Source of the DNA: Octopus bimaculoides | Lineage: Eukaryota | Direction of reading: 5' to 3' | NCBI RefSeq assembly: GCF_001194135.2 | Contig: NC_068990.1 | Location: forward strand, 16,319,660 to 16,383,659 | DNA length: 64,000 nt | In this document: piece by piece, positions 39,061 through 52,576 of the stretch | Position numbering within the stretch: the stretch's first letter is position 1 | Layout of the letters: every line of letters begins with the position of its first letter | The notes under the pieces: generated by a model | The model's database searches: none | Seen by the model: the letters and a program-made list of their open reading frames with translations, nothing else | Told to the model about the DNA's origin: nothing | Translations under genes and position numbers: made by a program

Positions 39061-40180
39061 TCTATATATCCAGGTTTTCACCACTCACTGCATTCACCTC
39101 CCCACTCCCTAATCATGCTTCTTGTCCTGCCACCTATATTATGACCTTTCAACCTCAAGAGCATGCCATGGCACTTGCTTCCATCTACCTCATTCTCTAT
39201 TTTTACTTGACCATCTCATTTATATTCTGATCCCTGTCCCTTGTGAGTATGCTCAGCACTTTGCCACCATCTCTACCCTGCTGTCTCCCATTCTCTCTCT
39301 CCTCTTTCTGCTCTTCCTTCAGGTTGGGTAACCATGTATCTCCTTTACAGTAGCACACCTGTTTCTGTCCTCATTCCTGATCTCTCTCTCTCCCCGACCA
39401 GGTAACCTTGGTTCTAGCTGAACTCAGAGCATAGAGAATCAAAGCAAATGTCACAAAAGTATTCTGGCTAACCCTCTAACAATGAAATATGAACCAAAAT
39501 AAAGTTCTACTTGACAATGCCGCAAAGAACATTAGACCACAACAACAACGATGATGATGATGATGACTATTGCTAACAGCAGCAATGGCAGATGTTAGAG
39601 AGAGTTCCTGCTGTCACCAGAGTTTGCTCTAACTAATGACACCTGATGTTAGTAGAAGTAGCAGAGGAGCATTTGAAGAATATGGCAATAACAGAAAAAG
39701 AGGGTGATAATAGGGTATAAATTCCAGCAGAGAGGCTTGGTAATTCTTTGTGGCAAATCTATGCAAGTCTCCTGTAACACAAACAATAAAGGATCTCAAA
39801 AGTTTCAGAAAAGACAAGCACAGCTGTGACATGCTTACAAACATTCTAGCTAATAAATATATGGAATAACAAAATCAGATGGAGAAGGGTGCCATCTGTC
39901 TATATATTGCCATTGTTAAGTTTAAATTGATCATCAATAATGTTAGCTTTGTCAATTTGAATTAGTTACGGACACTGCCTCTTTAATACAGACTGGTAGA
40001 ATAACAACAATACTTTCTACTATAGGCACAAGACCAGCAATTTTGAGGAAGGGGATAAATTGATTACATCCACTCCAGTGCTCAACTGGTACCTTATTTT
40101 ATCAACATCGAAAGGATGAAAGGTAAAGTTGACCTTGGCAGAATTTGAACTTAAAATGTAAACATGTTTGAAATGATTAG

Positions 40181-41016
40181 CAGCATTTTGCCTGGCAGGC
40201 TAATGACTCTGCCAGCTCACCACCTTGTTGTTGTTGTTGTTGATGGTGATGATGATGATGGTGATAAAATGAGGTGTGAAATAAAAAAGACTGGAAAAGA
40301 GTGCCCTGGTGTATCCCACTTGTAAGGTATCTTGCAAAAGGCTTTACTGTGGCATTAGGGCTGTTAAATAGTTATTGATGAATAACATTTGCTGGGCTAT
40401 GTGTTACAATCAGACATTTTGCATTAAAATTTAATGTGTCATGTTCAACTATCCATGAACATCTCAAGTAAATTAGGAAAATATGCAAAGAGGGAATTGG
40501 GGTCCCACATGAGCTTACACTTGAGAACCGAACACAATGTTTCACAATCTGCANNNNNNNNNNTCATGTAATTGTTTTTTGCCAGTACCAAAAACAAAAC
40601 AAGAACTCCATCCACAAACATACTTGCTCTGTGTTTGGTGAAATATGAAAAGTATTGTCCATTATAAGCCACTGGTACATTGAAGGATCATCAATACAGA
40701 TGTCTATTGCCAATAACCTGATTGTGTAAATGAGAAATTTATGATGAAAGTGGCCAGCTTTGGTAGACAGGAAAGGTGTTATTCTCTATCATGACAGTTC
40801 ACAGCCACACTCTTCAAAACAAACCCAAGAAAAAATAAGATCATTAGGATGGGAAATTCTTCCACATCCTCCATACTCATCTGACTTGCACCTATGGATT
40901 TCTATCTGTTCCAATCACTAGAACATTTTATAAGAGGCAAAACATTCAGAAACAGAGAGGAAGTTGAAAACAGTCTTTCAGACTTTTTTCCAGAAAAAGA
41001 AATAGGTTTCTTTGAA
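40181..41016. repeat. Left arm of long inverted duplication (partner 50744-51750)
   Basis: Identical to the partner outside N gaps over 40181-40873, then about 90%. Confidence 0.92.
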
Positions 41017-41164
41017 CATAGTATAAAAAAGTTACTTCTCCATTTGGCTGCAGTCATTGAAAACGATAGTGATTACATACTTGATTAAAACTATTCAGAT
41101 ATAAGTGGTTTACACTTGTTTTTATATCCTTTCTGGTAAAACCCAATTACTTCCTGAACACCCT
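40380..41164 (+). mobile_element. 5'-truncated mariner with right TIR
   Basis: WVPHELT-like, LYHDSSQPH, HPPYSSDL and DFYLFQSLEH motifs; TIR CCCAATTACTTCCTGAACACCCT. Confidence 0.9.
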
Positions 41165-41388
41165 ATTAAATAACAGTTGAATAAATAGAACAGTATTCAA
41201 GAAATATAAAATGGAATAAGTACAAGTTTTCAATACATAATATACTGAATAGCAATATGAAGACAGTTCATAATTATTAAGAACAAATTAAAGACAAAGT
41301 GCCTGACATAGCTTTGAACATCTCAGACCGTTCCAGGCAGAACAAGTAGAAAAATTGAGAATACCTATCATGGAAGATTCCAACTCAC

Positions 41389-41478
41389 TTGGCTACACAC
41401 CAGTCTGATTGGTTGAGTCATATTTGCATGGTGACAAATTTTTTTGTAACTGGCAGTCTGGTAAGCCATGGTCCTGAC
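41389..41478 (-). CDS. Exon of minus-strand gene (VRTMAYQTASYKKICHHANMTQPIRLVCSQ), with ACCATGG at 41469
   Basis: cttatgtttctcag| ... CAA|gtgagt; 90 nt, phase 0 to 0, compatible with the exons on both sides. Confidence 0.6.
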
Positions 41479-44400
41479 CTGAGAAACATAAGCACTATGG
41501 TTGAAAACTCAGCAGCAACATCACTGCAAGTGATATGAAAGTGCCAAAAATATATATACCTAAATTTTGAGGCTCTAAGCTTCAGCCTACCAATCTATAA
41601 ATAAACCTGGCACTGAATGCAAAACAAGAGAAATTCAAATTACAATAATTCGTTTGGTTTCAGCATTATAGATATTCTGGTCCAAACTCCAAAATCTTTC
41701 AAATAAATAAAAAGTGCATCTGAAGCATATCTAGTCTTTTGAAAATTCTGTTTCCTGCCTTTTTTTTCAAATTGCTATAACTCTCTTATGACCTTATCTA
41801 AAATAAAGTACATTATCCATTATGGATTCAGCAACATAACAAAACCCAACATCATCAAAGCTGGTCTTTGAAACAACTTAGCATGAAAATTATGATTAGA
41901 AGGCTTATACTTAAATACAAACACTTCAAAATGCTCAATTTTGTATTTTTGTGTTACAAGACAAAAGCAGTGTCACACAGGTTGATATCAAAAGAGATAA
42001 GTACACACACATATATAATGTGTGTGTGTGTGTGTGTAAAGAGATGATGCATAAGGTATAAAAAATATATATATTGACAGTAATTGATAGTTCAATTCAG
42101 AATAGATCATTAGAGGCCAGCACATTATAACTGCAGTAAATCCAGTGGAAACAGCTTGTATGTCTACATATAATTAGCTAAAATGTTCTTTAAGAGCAAA
42201 ATATATTTAGAATAAAGGGCAAAAAAAAAAATGGATTTCACAGATAAATCATAAAATAGCTGTTGGAAGTAATTAAATCATGATCTGCGTATGAAATTTA
42301 TACTTTTCTGTATGGCTACGTGGATGAGAAACTTGCTTCCTGACCACTTTATGGCACCTTGGGAAAATGTCTCCTACTGTATAGACTTGGGCTGATCAAA
42401 GCCTTGTGAATGAATTTGGTTGATGGAAACTGAATGAAGCTTATCATGTGTGTGTGTGAGTTGATGTCTCTTTGTCTAGACATTGCATTATTGTCATAAA
42501 TGAGCATCACCATCATACCAGTGGTGACCTTCATTTCTTAACTTCTGTGAAAACATGCTTAGCCATGGAGAAATATTACTTTACTTTGAAACAAGTGAGG
42601 GTTAGTGACAGAAAGAACATGCAACTTTAGAAAATCTGCCTCAACAAATTCTGTCTGACCCATTTAATCATAGAAAGGTGGATGTTAAAATGATGATGAT
42701 GATATCATCTTCAATTTTTTAATATCCACTTTTCTGGAATTTACTGAGGCAAATTTTCTATAGCTGGATGCTCTTCTTATAACCAACACTCACTTGATTC
42801 CAGGCAAGGTAATATTTCCCCATGGTTAGACATATTTCTCATGGGGGAATAGAAAATGCCACTTGTATGATGGTGATGCTTGTTTACACCCATCACATGA
42901 TGTCAAGACAAGGGAACTCAGACACAAATAGACATGAGCACATGCACACACACACACACACACTATGGGTTTCTGTCTACCAAACTCACTCATTAGGCTT
43001 CATCAACCTAAGATTATAGTAGAAGTCACCTGCCTAAGGTGTAGCACAAGAGGACTGAACCTGAGAGCACATGGTTGAGAAGCAACCGCTCAACCACACA
43101 GCCACACCAGTACCTAATATATAACACACACGTGTGCATGTAACTTTACCTACCCATTCACCCTGTCTGATCCTGTTCTGCTTCTCTTATATTTCCCATC
43201 CTGTACCTTATAGGTATATCCTGACACCTTCACCACCATCTTTCTCTCTTTCCTACTGGGATAGTCATGTATCTCCTCTACAACAACACATCTGTTCCTG
43301 TCCCTCTATCATACTTTAACTCTTCAACTCCTACCGTAAAGCCATCTCCCTTAATAATACACTCCATTCAGTTGAGGGGTCTTGTCTTATGAGTTACTTG
43401 ATGACCTCACTAGTGCCAGCAGCACAGAAAAAGCACTTGGTACACTCTGTGGTTGCAATTAGGAAGAGCATGCAGCCATAGAATCTAAGTCAAAGTAGAC
43501 ATTGGAGCTCAGCATAGTTCTCTTAACTCATTGGTTCCAGGCAAATTGTCCAAACCATGCCAGCACAGAAAATGGTGTGATTGATATATAATACTATACA
43601 CTAACCTTGTTCATTCATGCTGGAATACATGCATCTTTTCTTTTCAGGGTGAGGGTGGGAGGGGGGATGGAAGTGAAAAATCCAATTTTAGGTGAAGGAC
43701 AAAAGAAGTTGAGAAACACAGATATAGAGTTTAGATGAATAGCTCTTCAACTAAACAGAAAAACTTTCCTTGTATAATAATAATCTCCTAATATAATAAG
43801 GAGCATAGTGTTTTTATATATTTGTATTCTTTTATTCTTTTTTCTTTTACTTGTTTCAGTCATTTGACTGTGGCCATGCTGGAGCACTGCCTTTAGTCGA
43901 GCAAATCGACCTCAGGATTTATTCTTTGTAAGCCTAGTACTTATTCTATCGGTCTCTTTTTTAAACTGCTAAGTTACAGGGATATAAACACACCAGCGTC
44001 GGTGGTCAAGTGATGTTGGGGGGACAAACACAGACACACACACTCATATATATATACACGATGGGCTTCTTTCAGTTTCCATCTAACAGATTCACTCACA
44101 AGGCTTTGGTCAGCCTGAGGCTATAGTAGAAGACACTTGCCCAAGGTGCCACACTGTTGGACTGAACCTGAAACCATGTAGTTTGGTAAGCAAGCTACTT
44201 ACCACACAGCCACTCCTGCACCTATATTTATATATTTGTCCAAAATCATACAGGATGGTGAAGGGAGAGTTAGAGAAAATAGTAATTCAGTGAAGAAGTG
44301 AGAATAATAGCCATGACTGAGAGGGAGTAAGAGAAAGTAATAGCAACGAGAGAGAGGCAGTGGCAAAGAGAGTGTCATGCGTCTTCTTTCTCTGTCACAA

Positions 44401-45349
44401 CATATGAATGAGAAAGGAAGGGGTGATCTACCGATGGAAGTGGGATGGTGAAAAAGTCAATGGTGAAACAAAAATCAAACAGCGTTTCAACTGTGCGTGT
44501 GTGTAAAAGGGAGGAATGTGAATGTTTGTGTGTGCATGTATTTATGTAAAATATATAATCCTTTATGTGATAAGCATAAGACCTGAAATTTTGGTGGTGG
44601 TGGAGGGGGGAATGCTTGTCGATTACATCAACCCCAGTGCTCAACTGGTACTTATTTCATTGATCCTGAAAGGTTGAAAGGCAAATTCGACCGTGGCAGA
44701 ATTTGAACTTAGATGGACAAAATGCTGGCAAGAATTTTTTCTAGCATGTTAACGATTCTGCCAGCTCACTGTCTTAATGATGATGATAATGATGAGCAGC
44801 TGACTATATAACAGTGTTAAGGTGCCTCACAACTTATCAGAGAAAAAAAAGAGTAAAAGAGAGAGAGAGAGAAAACAGCAGAAAGCAAAGAAAGACAACA
44901 ATGATAGCCAAAAGTACATACATAATATACACAGACAAAAAAGTGAACTTTGAAAGAGCCATAAAGAGGAAAGGATTCATATAAGTGTTAGATGTAGTGT
45001 TGGCAAATATTAGAAAGCATGGAATGTTTGAAGGATGCAGTCTATTAACATCTAACAATTGATACAGGCTGTTTATTCTATACTTCTACAGTTCTGAGTA
45101 TAAAAACATGTTTCTGAAAGCCATGGGTGCCGTGCTGTTTTTTGATTTTATAAACATAGGTGTAGGTGTGGCTGTGTGGCTAAGGTCTGAGTACATCGTC
45201 TCTTCCCTCGAAGCAGCCAAAAAAACAACGTCCAACACAAATGAGAAACCAATTACACTCTGGGTGACGCATGTGCGGGAAGCAAGCTTCTTAGCACACA
45301 GCCACTCTTGCGCCAATAGATATATTTAATCTGATTTTTTTCTCTAACT

Positions 45350-47060
45350 ACATCTCTCCTTGACAACATACTCCTCACCTCAAACCTCTCTGAAGTCATT
45401 GTCTTTGGTAACTTCAATGTCCACAACTTGTCTCAGTTCTCTCACACTCATCTCATACTAATGCTGCCAAAGTAGCAACTAAATTTATCACAATCATTAT
45501 CATCATCATCATTTAACATCCTTCTTTCATGCTGGCATGGATTGGACTCTACAATATTTTTCATTCCTCTCTATACATCTATGACCAACACCACCCAAAC
45601 TGCAGTTAATTGCTTTGGTTCCAACTATGTGGAATCCTCCATCCCATCACTTCTCATCCATTATGTTTCTTCTATAAGCAGTACTCTAAAGTGAACACAG
45701 TTGCAGCTCACTTTACATGCAACTCCACTCTACATATACAAATTTCTCTTACTTTGCAAGGATATAAATTTTTGGAGATATGTATAGTATGTTCCCCTCC
45801 TAAGATAGTCGACTCATTTGATCCTGCCAACTATCATCCAACCATACTCATTCTCAACATCTCATAAGTAATGGAAACACCTATGAACAACAACTTTCAT
45901 CACCTTTAATCTCTCTCCTTAATTCTTTTTATAACAAATCAGTCCAAGAATGTCCTCAGTTCTGTGAAATAAAATTCCTGTTTTAAAGAAATCTAAATTA
46001 ATAGATTCCATCGAAATTTCATGTTAATTTATATTCCAAACATCAACTTAATAATGACAAAGTTATTCTACTAATATCTTCATTATTTTCAAAATTAATT
46101 GAAACAAAGTGTATTTCAACAGAAATATAGTACCAAAAAGTGCATGGAGAGCCAATAAGGCCTTTGTGAAGCTAAATCTCCTTTATGTCAGTCATTAGTG
46201 AGTTCTCACCCTCGAGAAATGTGTTAGGTAGAAACAATATTGTTGGCCTTGACAGTAAAGCTTTTGACCAGGCCTGACACGTAAATCTCTTACTAGAATT
46301 GCATGTCTATGGATGCTGTTCATTTCTCATCTCTTTCATTTGACAGCTTCCTGTCAGATCACACAAGCATGTACTAATTGTACTCACTCCAACCTCCCGC
46401 TATCAACTCTAATGTGTTCAAGATTTGATTTAGTCCCACCCATCCGACATACATCCTTCCCTCAATTCATCAATGACCTTTTTGACATTACTTCCATGAA
46501 CACCTGGTCTTACACAGATAATAATATTCTTCATTCCTCCCTAACCTTTCAAATCCAAGGGTTATCCACACATAACCTAGATACCAGATGCTAAAACTTA
46601 TACAGAAACTGCTAACATATCTTTCAATGGAGTCTTTCACCACCACTAAGACTCTATTGTCCCAAACCTGAAGAACAAGCAACTAGAAAAATACAAGGTT
46701 GCTCCTAATGCTAGATCTTACCATCAATGAGGATTTCTTTCTTAAAGAATGTACATCCTCAACTTAGCAAAGAGTGAATCACTAAGACTTGCCTTTCTCT
46801 TCAGAAATGAAAAGTACTTCTCACAACAACTTCATGACCTTCTACAAAGCTTGGGTGAAACCCAAGGTAAACATTATTCCCACATTTGGGATATATTGCC
46901 AGGATCGCCAAGACAAATTTTGCAAGGTGACACAAGGTTGCTTTTGGGTCCCACCTGGGAAGCAAAGAGATCTCCGCTACTTCCAGTCAGAAATTTACAG
47001 ATAACCCTGCTTTCTTGGATCTGAGTATCAGACCAATAAACAAGCTGAACCCATCTCTCA
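45350..47060 (+). mobile_element. Decayed CR1/Jockey-like LINE ORF2 (endonuclease and RT pieces) interrupted by a MITE
   Basis: EVIVFGNFNVHN; FINDLFDITSMNTWSYTDN (YADD-like); TFYKAWVKPK. Confidence 0.65.
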
Positions 47061-47269
47061 GAGGATTTGATAAAGTACCTTACCAGTCAATACAACCACT
47101 CCCAGAAAATGTGTAACTATGTGTCTACGAATCAATGTTGTATGAAAGACAATCTGGACATGGTTTGTCACTGTAACAAAATGTACCTCACAGTCCTTGC
47201 CATTAAATGTTCAATAATCCTCCAATCATATTTACAACCCCGCTTTTCAGAACATTATTTCACCCCCCC

Positions 47270-47899
47270 CCCCTCGGACAGTAAAGCCAAATATGAAAAT
47301 ATAAAATGTTAAACAAATAATTCCAAAAATATTTTGTTTATTGATCGACCAGATCAAAATAAATAATTAGACGAAGTTTAAAATGGCTGAAGCAACGAAT
47401 ATGTTCTAAAATAAAAAAATAAAAAGGAAAATATGTCATTGAGAAACGCCAGAACGAAGTCTTTATGAACACACGATAATAACGGTTTAACTGTTACAGC
47501 TTAAAACAGGAGAGAAAAAAAAATCTTCGAATTTATTATTTGCATAAAGAATTTATCAACAAATACGTTTAATATTTGGACGATATAAACTTAGTATATT
47601 TAAAAGATTATATGTTGCAGCAAACAAAATGGCGCTAGATTATTTATTACTGATGCCGTATTTAATATCAGACTGCAAAAACAAACTAAAGATTAATTCA
47701 TTTTCACTGTAGAAACTTCTCAAGCGATAAAGTAGTTATCTACAACTACGATAAAATTATGAAATGATTTGACATTTTTATTTAAAACGCTTTTAGTGTG
47801 GGGATAGCGAATAATGGCAAATAGTTCCAAGACAAAGGATTCTATCAGGCATAAAGATAACGCTTCATTTTTCAGTTGTCTGGGCGAAGAACCTTTTCG
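47270..47899. promoter_or_regulatory. CpG-retaining promoter-like region with YY1-type AAAATGGC motifs
   Basis: About 20 CG by eye in 630 nt versus about 8 in 1-1000; AAAATGGCG at 47626-47634 and AAAATGGCT at 47380-47388. Confidence 0.5.
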
Positions 47900-49198
47900 A
47901 TGCTGAAAAAGTTTAAGTTTACACATTTAGAGGTAACAGCAACGAAGTTATCGGAAATTATTAACTATGGCCCAATTACAGAGTTTGATTCTTTTATGAA
48001 GACTCTAGTTAGCCCGGCAGATATTTGCACAACGATTGACTCCAATGGAGAAACTCCTTTACACACTAGTATTCAGAAAAGCAGGATGGAGTGTTTGAAA
48101 AAGATGCTGGAGCTAGACCTCAATATTAAGGCAAGAAATAACAAAGGCTATACACCGTTAAGTTATGCCTTGCTTTATGGACATATGAAAATAGCAAGTC
48201 AATTTATCGAAAAAGGAGCACAAGTTAATGAAATATGTGTACGAAAGACAGGTAAAACACTACTCCAGAAAATGGTAACGATAAATAAACTGGAAGCAGT
48301 ACGGTTCCTTTTAGAAAATGGAGCTTTGGTTAACAAATGCGATGAATCTGGTATGGCACCACTACATATGGCAGTGATTAGCGGTCATAAAACAATTGTC
48401 AGTATTTTGTTGGAATTCGGTGCGAATATCAACCAAATAAATAAATTTGAACAATCTCCTCTTCAACTTGCCATCCAGATGAACCAGCCTGAAATGAGCA
48501 AAATTCTCATAAATAATGGCGCCAACCTTTTGATGAAGGATAAAGCCGATAAAACTATACTCAACGTGTCTGCTTCTGTTGGGAATGCAGAAATATGCAG
48601 GCAAATATTGAGACAAACTTCTGTAAATATCGATACCAAAGAAAAACTGTTGGGTCGTAGTCCATTACACACAGCCTGTGCCGTCAGAAGTTACCCTGCG
48701 GCAAAATTGCTTATCGATTACGGAGCTAACATTAAACTATTGACTAGGAATCGTAAGGCTCCCATCAATATTGCCACACAAGCCGGTAGCGCAGATATAG
48801 TGAAAATGTTGAAAGAAGAGTCAGAATTACTGGAAAGAAAATCACATCGTAAAACTCCATTGCTATTAGCTATTGACCAAGGTCACTTACAAATAGTTCA
48901 ATATATTATTAATTCGAAAGGTAGTGTCAACTCCAAAGATGTGAATGGTGCCACTCCACTCCATTATGCTGCAAAGAATGGTTTGTTTATGTTTGTGAAA
49001 ATATTTATTGAAAACGGAGCCGACGTCAACGCTAAGGACAAAAGAATGAAAACACCACTTCATGAAGCTTTCATTTATGGACATGATAAGGTAGCGAATT
49101 ATCTCGTCGAAGTAGGGGCCGACCTGCATTGTGTGGACGACATTCAAATGTCACCATTCGATTATAAAACATTGCAAAACATGTGGTCAAATAAACAT
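47900..49198 (+). CDS. Ankyrin-repeat protein, large exon with 11 ANK repeats plus a partial 12th
   Basis: ORF with repeated G.TPLH.A...G...IV..LL..GA..N motifs. First ATG at 47900; acceptor-like catttttcag at 47874-47875 opens the same frame at 47876; donor CAT|gtgagt at 49198/49199 (phase 0). The unspliced ORF would end at 49273. Confidence 0.93.
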
Positions 49199-49593
49199 GT
49201 GAGTGATATTTCTAACGAAAACATTTTCATATTTATTCCGCAACCAGTTATGTTGGTTCTATTTACTAACTAATCTCACTTGTAGTGCTTGATTCGAACA
49301 TGTATGGCTAATTAACGCTTAGTTAACTTTTATGCTCCTACAGTCGCTCCTCCAAGTTATGACAGTTTCTCATAACTTCGAAAAAAGCTTCTCAAATTTT
49401 TACTTTCCGAGCTTAGAAGATTAAGATAGATATATTCCTGCAAACCTCGCCCTCCACCTATACATGTATATTATATAATTATTTGAAGGATATAAATACC
49501 TCTGAAAGGGATGTCAGCATCCAAATTCCCCGGTTTTATCCAGTGTATCAATGAAATACTGAAAGATGTTAGCTTCGCATTGATGGATATAGG

Positions 49594-50010
49594 GGTAATC
49601 TTCCAGTTTAGGGAGGTAAAAAAAGTAAATAAAAATACAAGGGAAATAACTTAACGTCTTACTAGTATTATCCGTACTCTCCCCACCCCACCCGTTCGCG
49701 AGCGCGCATTTTTTTCTTCATATTCGTTCACAGCAAGTTCTTTTACACCTATTACACAATTTTTTAATTTTTATTTTTGAGCTCGGGTCAAACGCTTTAG
49801 TTTGACCGTTATTTCCCTATACTGGAAGATTACCATAAGTTGTTGTGCAGCCGGTACAATGATATTCAATCACGTGTGTGATTTATATATAAACAGTTAA
49901 CTTTCAATCACGTGTGTGATTTATTTATACGGATAATACTAGTTAGACGTTAAGTTATTTCCCTTGTATTTTTATTTACTTTTTTTACCTCCCTAAACTG
50001 GAAGATTACT
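49594..50010. mobile_element. 417-bp MULE/Mutator-like MITE with 82-bp TIRs and 9-10 bp TSD
   Basis: 49595-49676 vs 49928-50009 are reverse complements with 1 mismatch; (T)GGATATAGG at 49584-49593 and 50010-50019. Confidence 0.85.
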
Positions 50011-50263
50011 GGATATAGGTATCTTATCGGTGATTGGTAATAAAGTCACAATTAATTTATGGGATCCGGACAAAACCTATGTGACTTTATTACTGTGATT
50101 TTTTTTTTTACCTGGATTCATATTTTCATTTATGTGTAAGAAAATGAAAACGGAGAAATCAATTTATTAAAACAAATGCAATTTCATACAATGAGTTTCA
50201 TATTGTTTGAAACAGGATTTGTTTTAATAAATTGATGTCTATATGTCAATTTCTCTGTTTCGT

Positions 50264-50303
<40 letters not shown>

Positions 50304-50342
50304 TAATGAAAAAATGCATTGTAAATAAATGACATAAAAATC

Positions 50343-50394
<52 letters not shown>

Positions 50395-50396
<2 letters not shown>

Positions 50397-50693
50397 TCTT
50401 CCGGTGCGTCATGTGTCAGCCCAAGGAGACCACCATTAAAAGACAAACAGTGAGCCTCTACAACTTGAAGTCGCATGTCAAGAGGCAACACCCAGTGCAT
50501 GTCATCCAGTTTGAGGAGAGGATCAAGGCCAGCTCTTCCCATAGGAAACACAGGCAATCTTCTTGTAGCTGTGCTTGTAGGCAGTCATCACAGCCATGTG
50601 CAAAGAAAGCACACCAGCCCAGCATTGGTGAGGCACTTGCCCAAACTGCTGGCACTGGTGTCTGTCAGACAGAAGGATTGTAGACCTGTTTAG
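50395..50693 (+). mobile_element. hAT (Tol2/Ac-like) transposase N-terminal BED zinc-finger fragment
   Basis: FRCVMCQPKETTIK...SLYNLKSHVKRQHP (C2H2 BED pattern); after a frameshift DRRIVDLF. Confidence 0.7.
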
Positions 50694-50729
50694 CCTGGAA
50701 GAGATGAAGAATTTTTTGCTTAGGCATAA

Positions 50730-52443
50730 ATTTATGCCACATTCAAAGAAACCTATTTCTTTTTCTGAAAAAAGTCTGAAAGACTGTTTTTAACTTTCTG
50801 TTTCTGAATGTTTTGCCTCTTATAAAATGTTCTAGTGATTGGAACAGATAGAAATCCATAGGTGCTAAGTCAGATGAATATGGAGGATGTGGAAGAATTT
50901 CCCATCCTAATGATCTTATTTTTTCTTGGGTTTGTTTTGAAGAGTGTGGCTGTGAACTGTCATGATAGAGAATAACACCTTTCCTGTCTACCAAAGCTGG
51001 CCACTTTCATCATAAATTTCTCATTTACACAATCAGGTTATTGGCAATAGACATCTGTATTGATGATCCTTCAATGTACCAGTGGCTTATAATGGACAAT
51101 ACTTTTCATATTTCACCAAACACAGAGCAAGTATGTTTGTGGATGGAGTTCTTGTTTTGTTTTTGGTACTGGCAAAAAACAATTACATGATAACCATTGT
51201 TTTCTTTTGTGATGCAAAACCCATTTTTCATCACCTGTAACAATGCACTGCAGAAATAACAGGTTGTTATTNNNNNNNNNNNNNNNNNNNNNNNNNNNNN
51301 NNNNNNNNNNNNNNNNNNNNNNNNNNNNNNNNNNNNNNNNNNNNNNNNNNNNNNNNNNNNNNNNNNNNNNNNNNNNNNNNNNNNNNNNNNNNNNTGTGTT
51401 CGGTTCTCAAGTGTAAGCTCATGTGGGACCCCAATTCCCTCTTTGCATATTTTCCTAATTTACTTGAGATGTTCATGGATAGTTGAACATGACACATTAA
51501 ATTTTAATGCAAAATGTCTGATTGTAACACATAGCCCAGCAAATGTTATTCATCAATAACTATTTAACAGCCCTAATGCCACAGTAAAGCCTTTTGCAAG
51601 ATACCTTACAAGTGGGATACACCAGGGCACTCTTTTCCAGTCTTTTTTATTTCACACCTCATTTTATCACCATCATCATCATCACCATCAACAACAACAA
51701 CAACAAGGTGGTGAGCTGGCAGAGTCATTAGCCTGCCAGGCAAAATGCTGGTTTTGGTGTTGACACTGCCCTCTTGTTACGTGATAACCATTGTCTTTTT
51801 CATTTTCTGTTGTGATGCAAAACCCATTTTTCATCACCTGTAACAATGACTGTAGAAAAAACTGGTTAGAAGACTGCTGCAAATGGTGGAACGTTGTGTT
51901 TGGTTCTCAAGTGTAAGCTCATGGGGAACCCAAATTCCTACTTTGCATATTTTCCCAATTTGCTTGAGATGTTCATGGATAGTTGAACATGACACATTAA
52001 ATTTTTGTGCAAAATCTCTGATGCTTTGACGTAGATCTGATACAACAGTCTCATTCAAAAGGTTGTCCTTCAGAGTGGGTCATTTTCCTGGGCAAGGCTT
52101 GTTGGATGTGTCACTGTTGCCATCTTTAAACCTTTTAAACCCCAGCTGACATGCACAAGCTTTCACTGCATCTAGATACACTTCACAAACGTTTTCATTG
52201 CTTCTGTAGCAGTACTTTTCTTTCAAAACTCATACAGTAAGCAATGACAAATATGTTCTTTCATAAAGTTCTTATTCTCTAAGAGGTTAATTACCGAAAT
52301 AACTGAATGACACTCTACCGGACAGAAGAGATGATATACTATTTCTAGACAGTTCCCACCCATTTGACCTTGGCTCTGATGTGATTAGTTGATTTATATT
52401 TCATAGAGGTGAAAAAACGCAATTACTTTCTGAAAACCTTAAT
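50730..52443 (-). mobile_element. Composite mariner: 5' TIR and N-terminus (52443-51751), templated insertion, 3' catalytic region
   Basis: TIR AAACGCAATTACTTTCTGAAAACCT|TA; VGIWVPHELTLENQTQRSTICSSLL; HPPYSSDLAPMDFYLF. Confidence 0.88.
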
Positions 52444-52488
<45 letters not shown>

Positions 52489-52576
52489 TGCACACACTCT
52501 CTCTCACATACATACATGCTCCATTTATATCATCCATTTATTTTTTAAGAAATAACAATACTCTGCATATTTACAG

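Noticed and set aside
39642-39771. Open minus frame with an acceptor (DLHRFATKNY...LTS)
   Set aside because: Weak donor and odd composition; not needed for the exon chain. It could only join through the alternative 35636 acceptor.
49199-49273. Last 24 codons of the 465-aa ORF, i.e. a fully intronless ANK gene
   Set aside because: Begins with a consensus GTGAGT donor and has intron-like composition; more likely intron read-through, though retention is not excluded.
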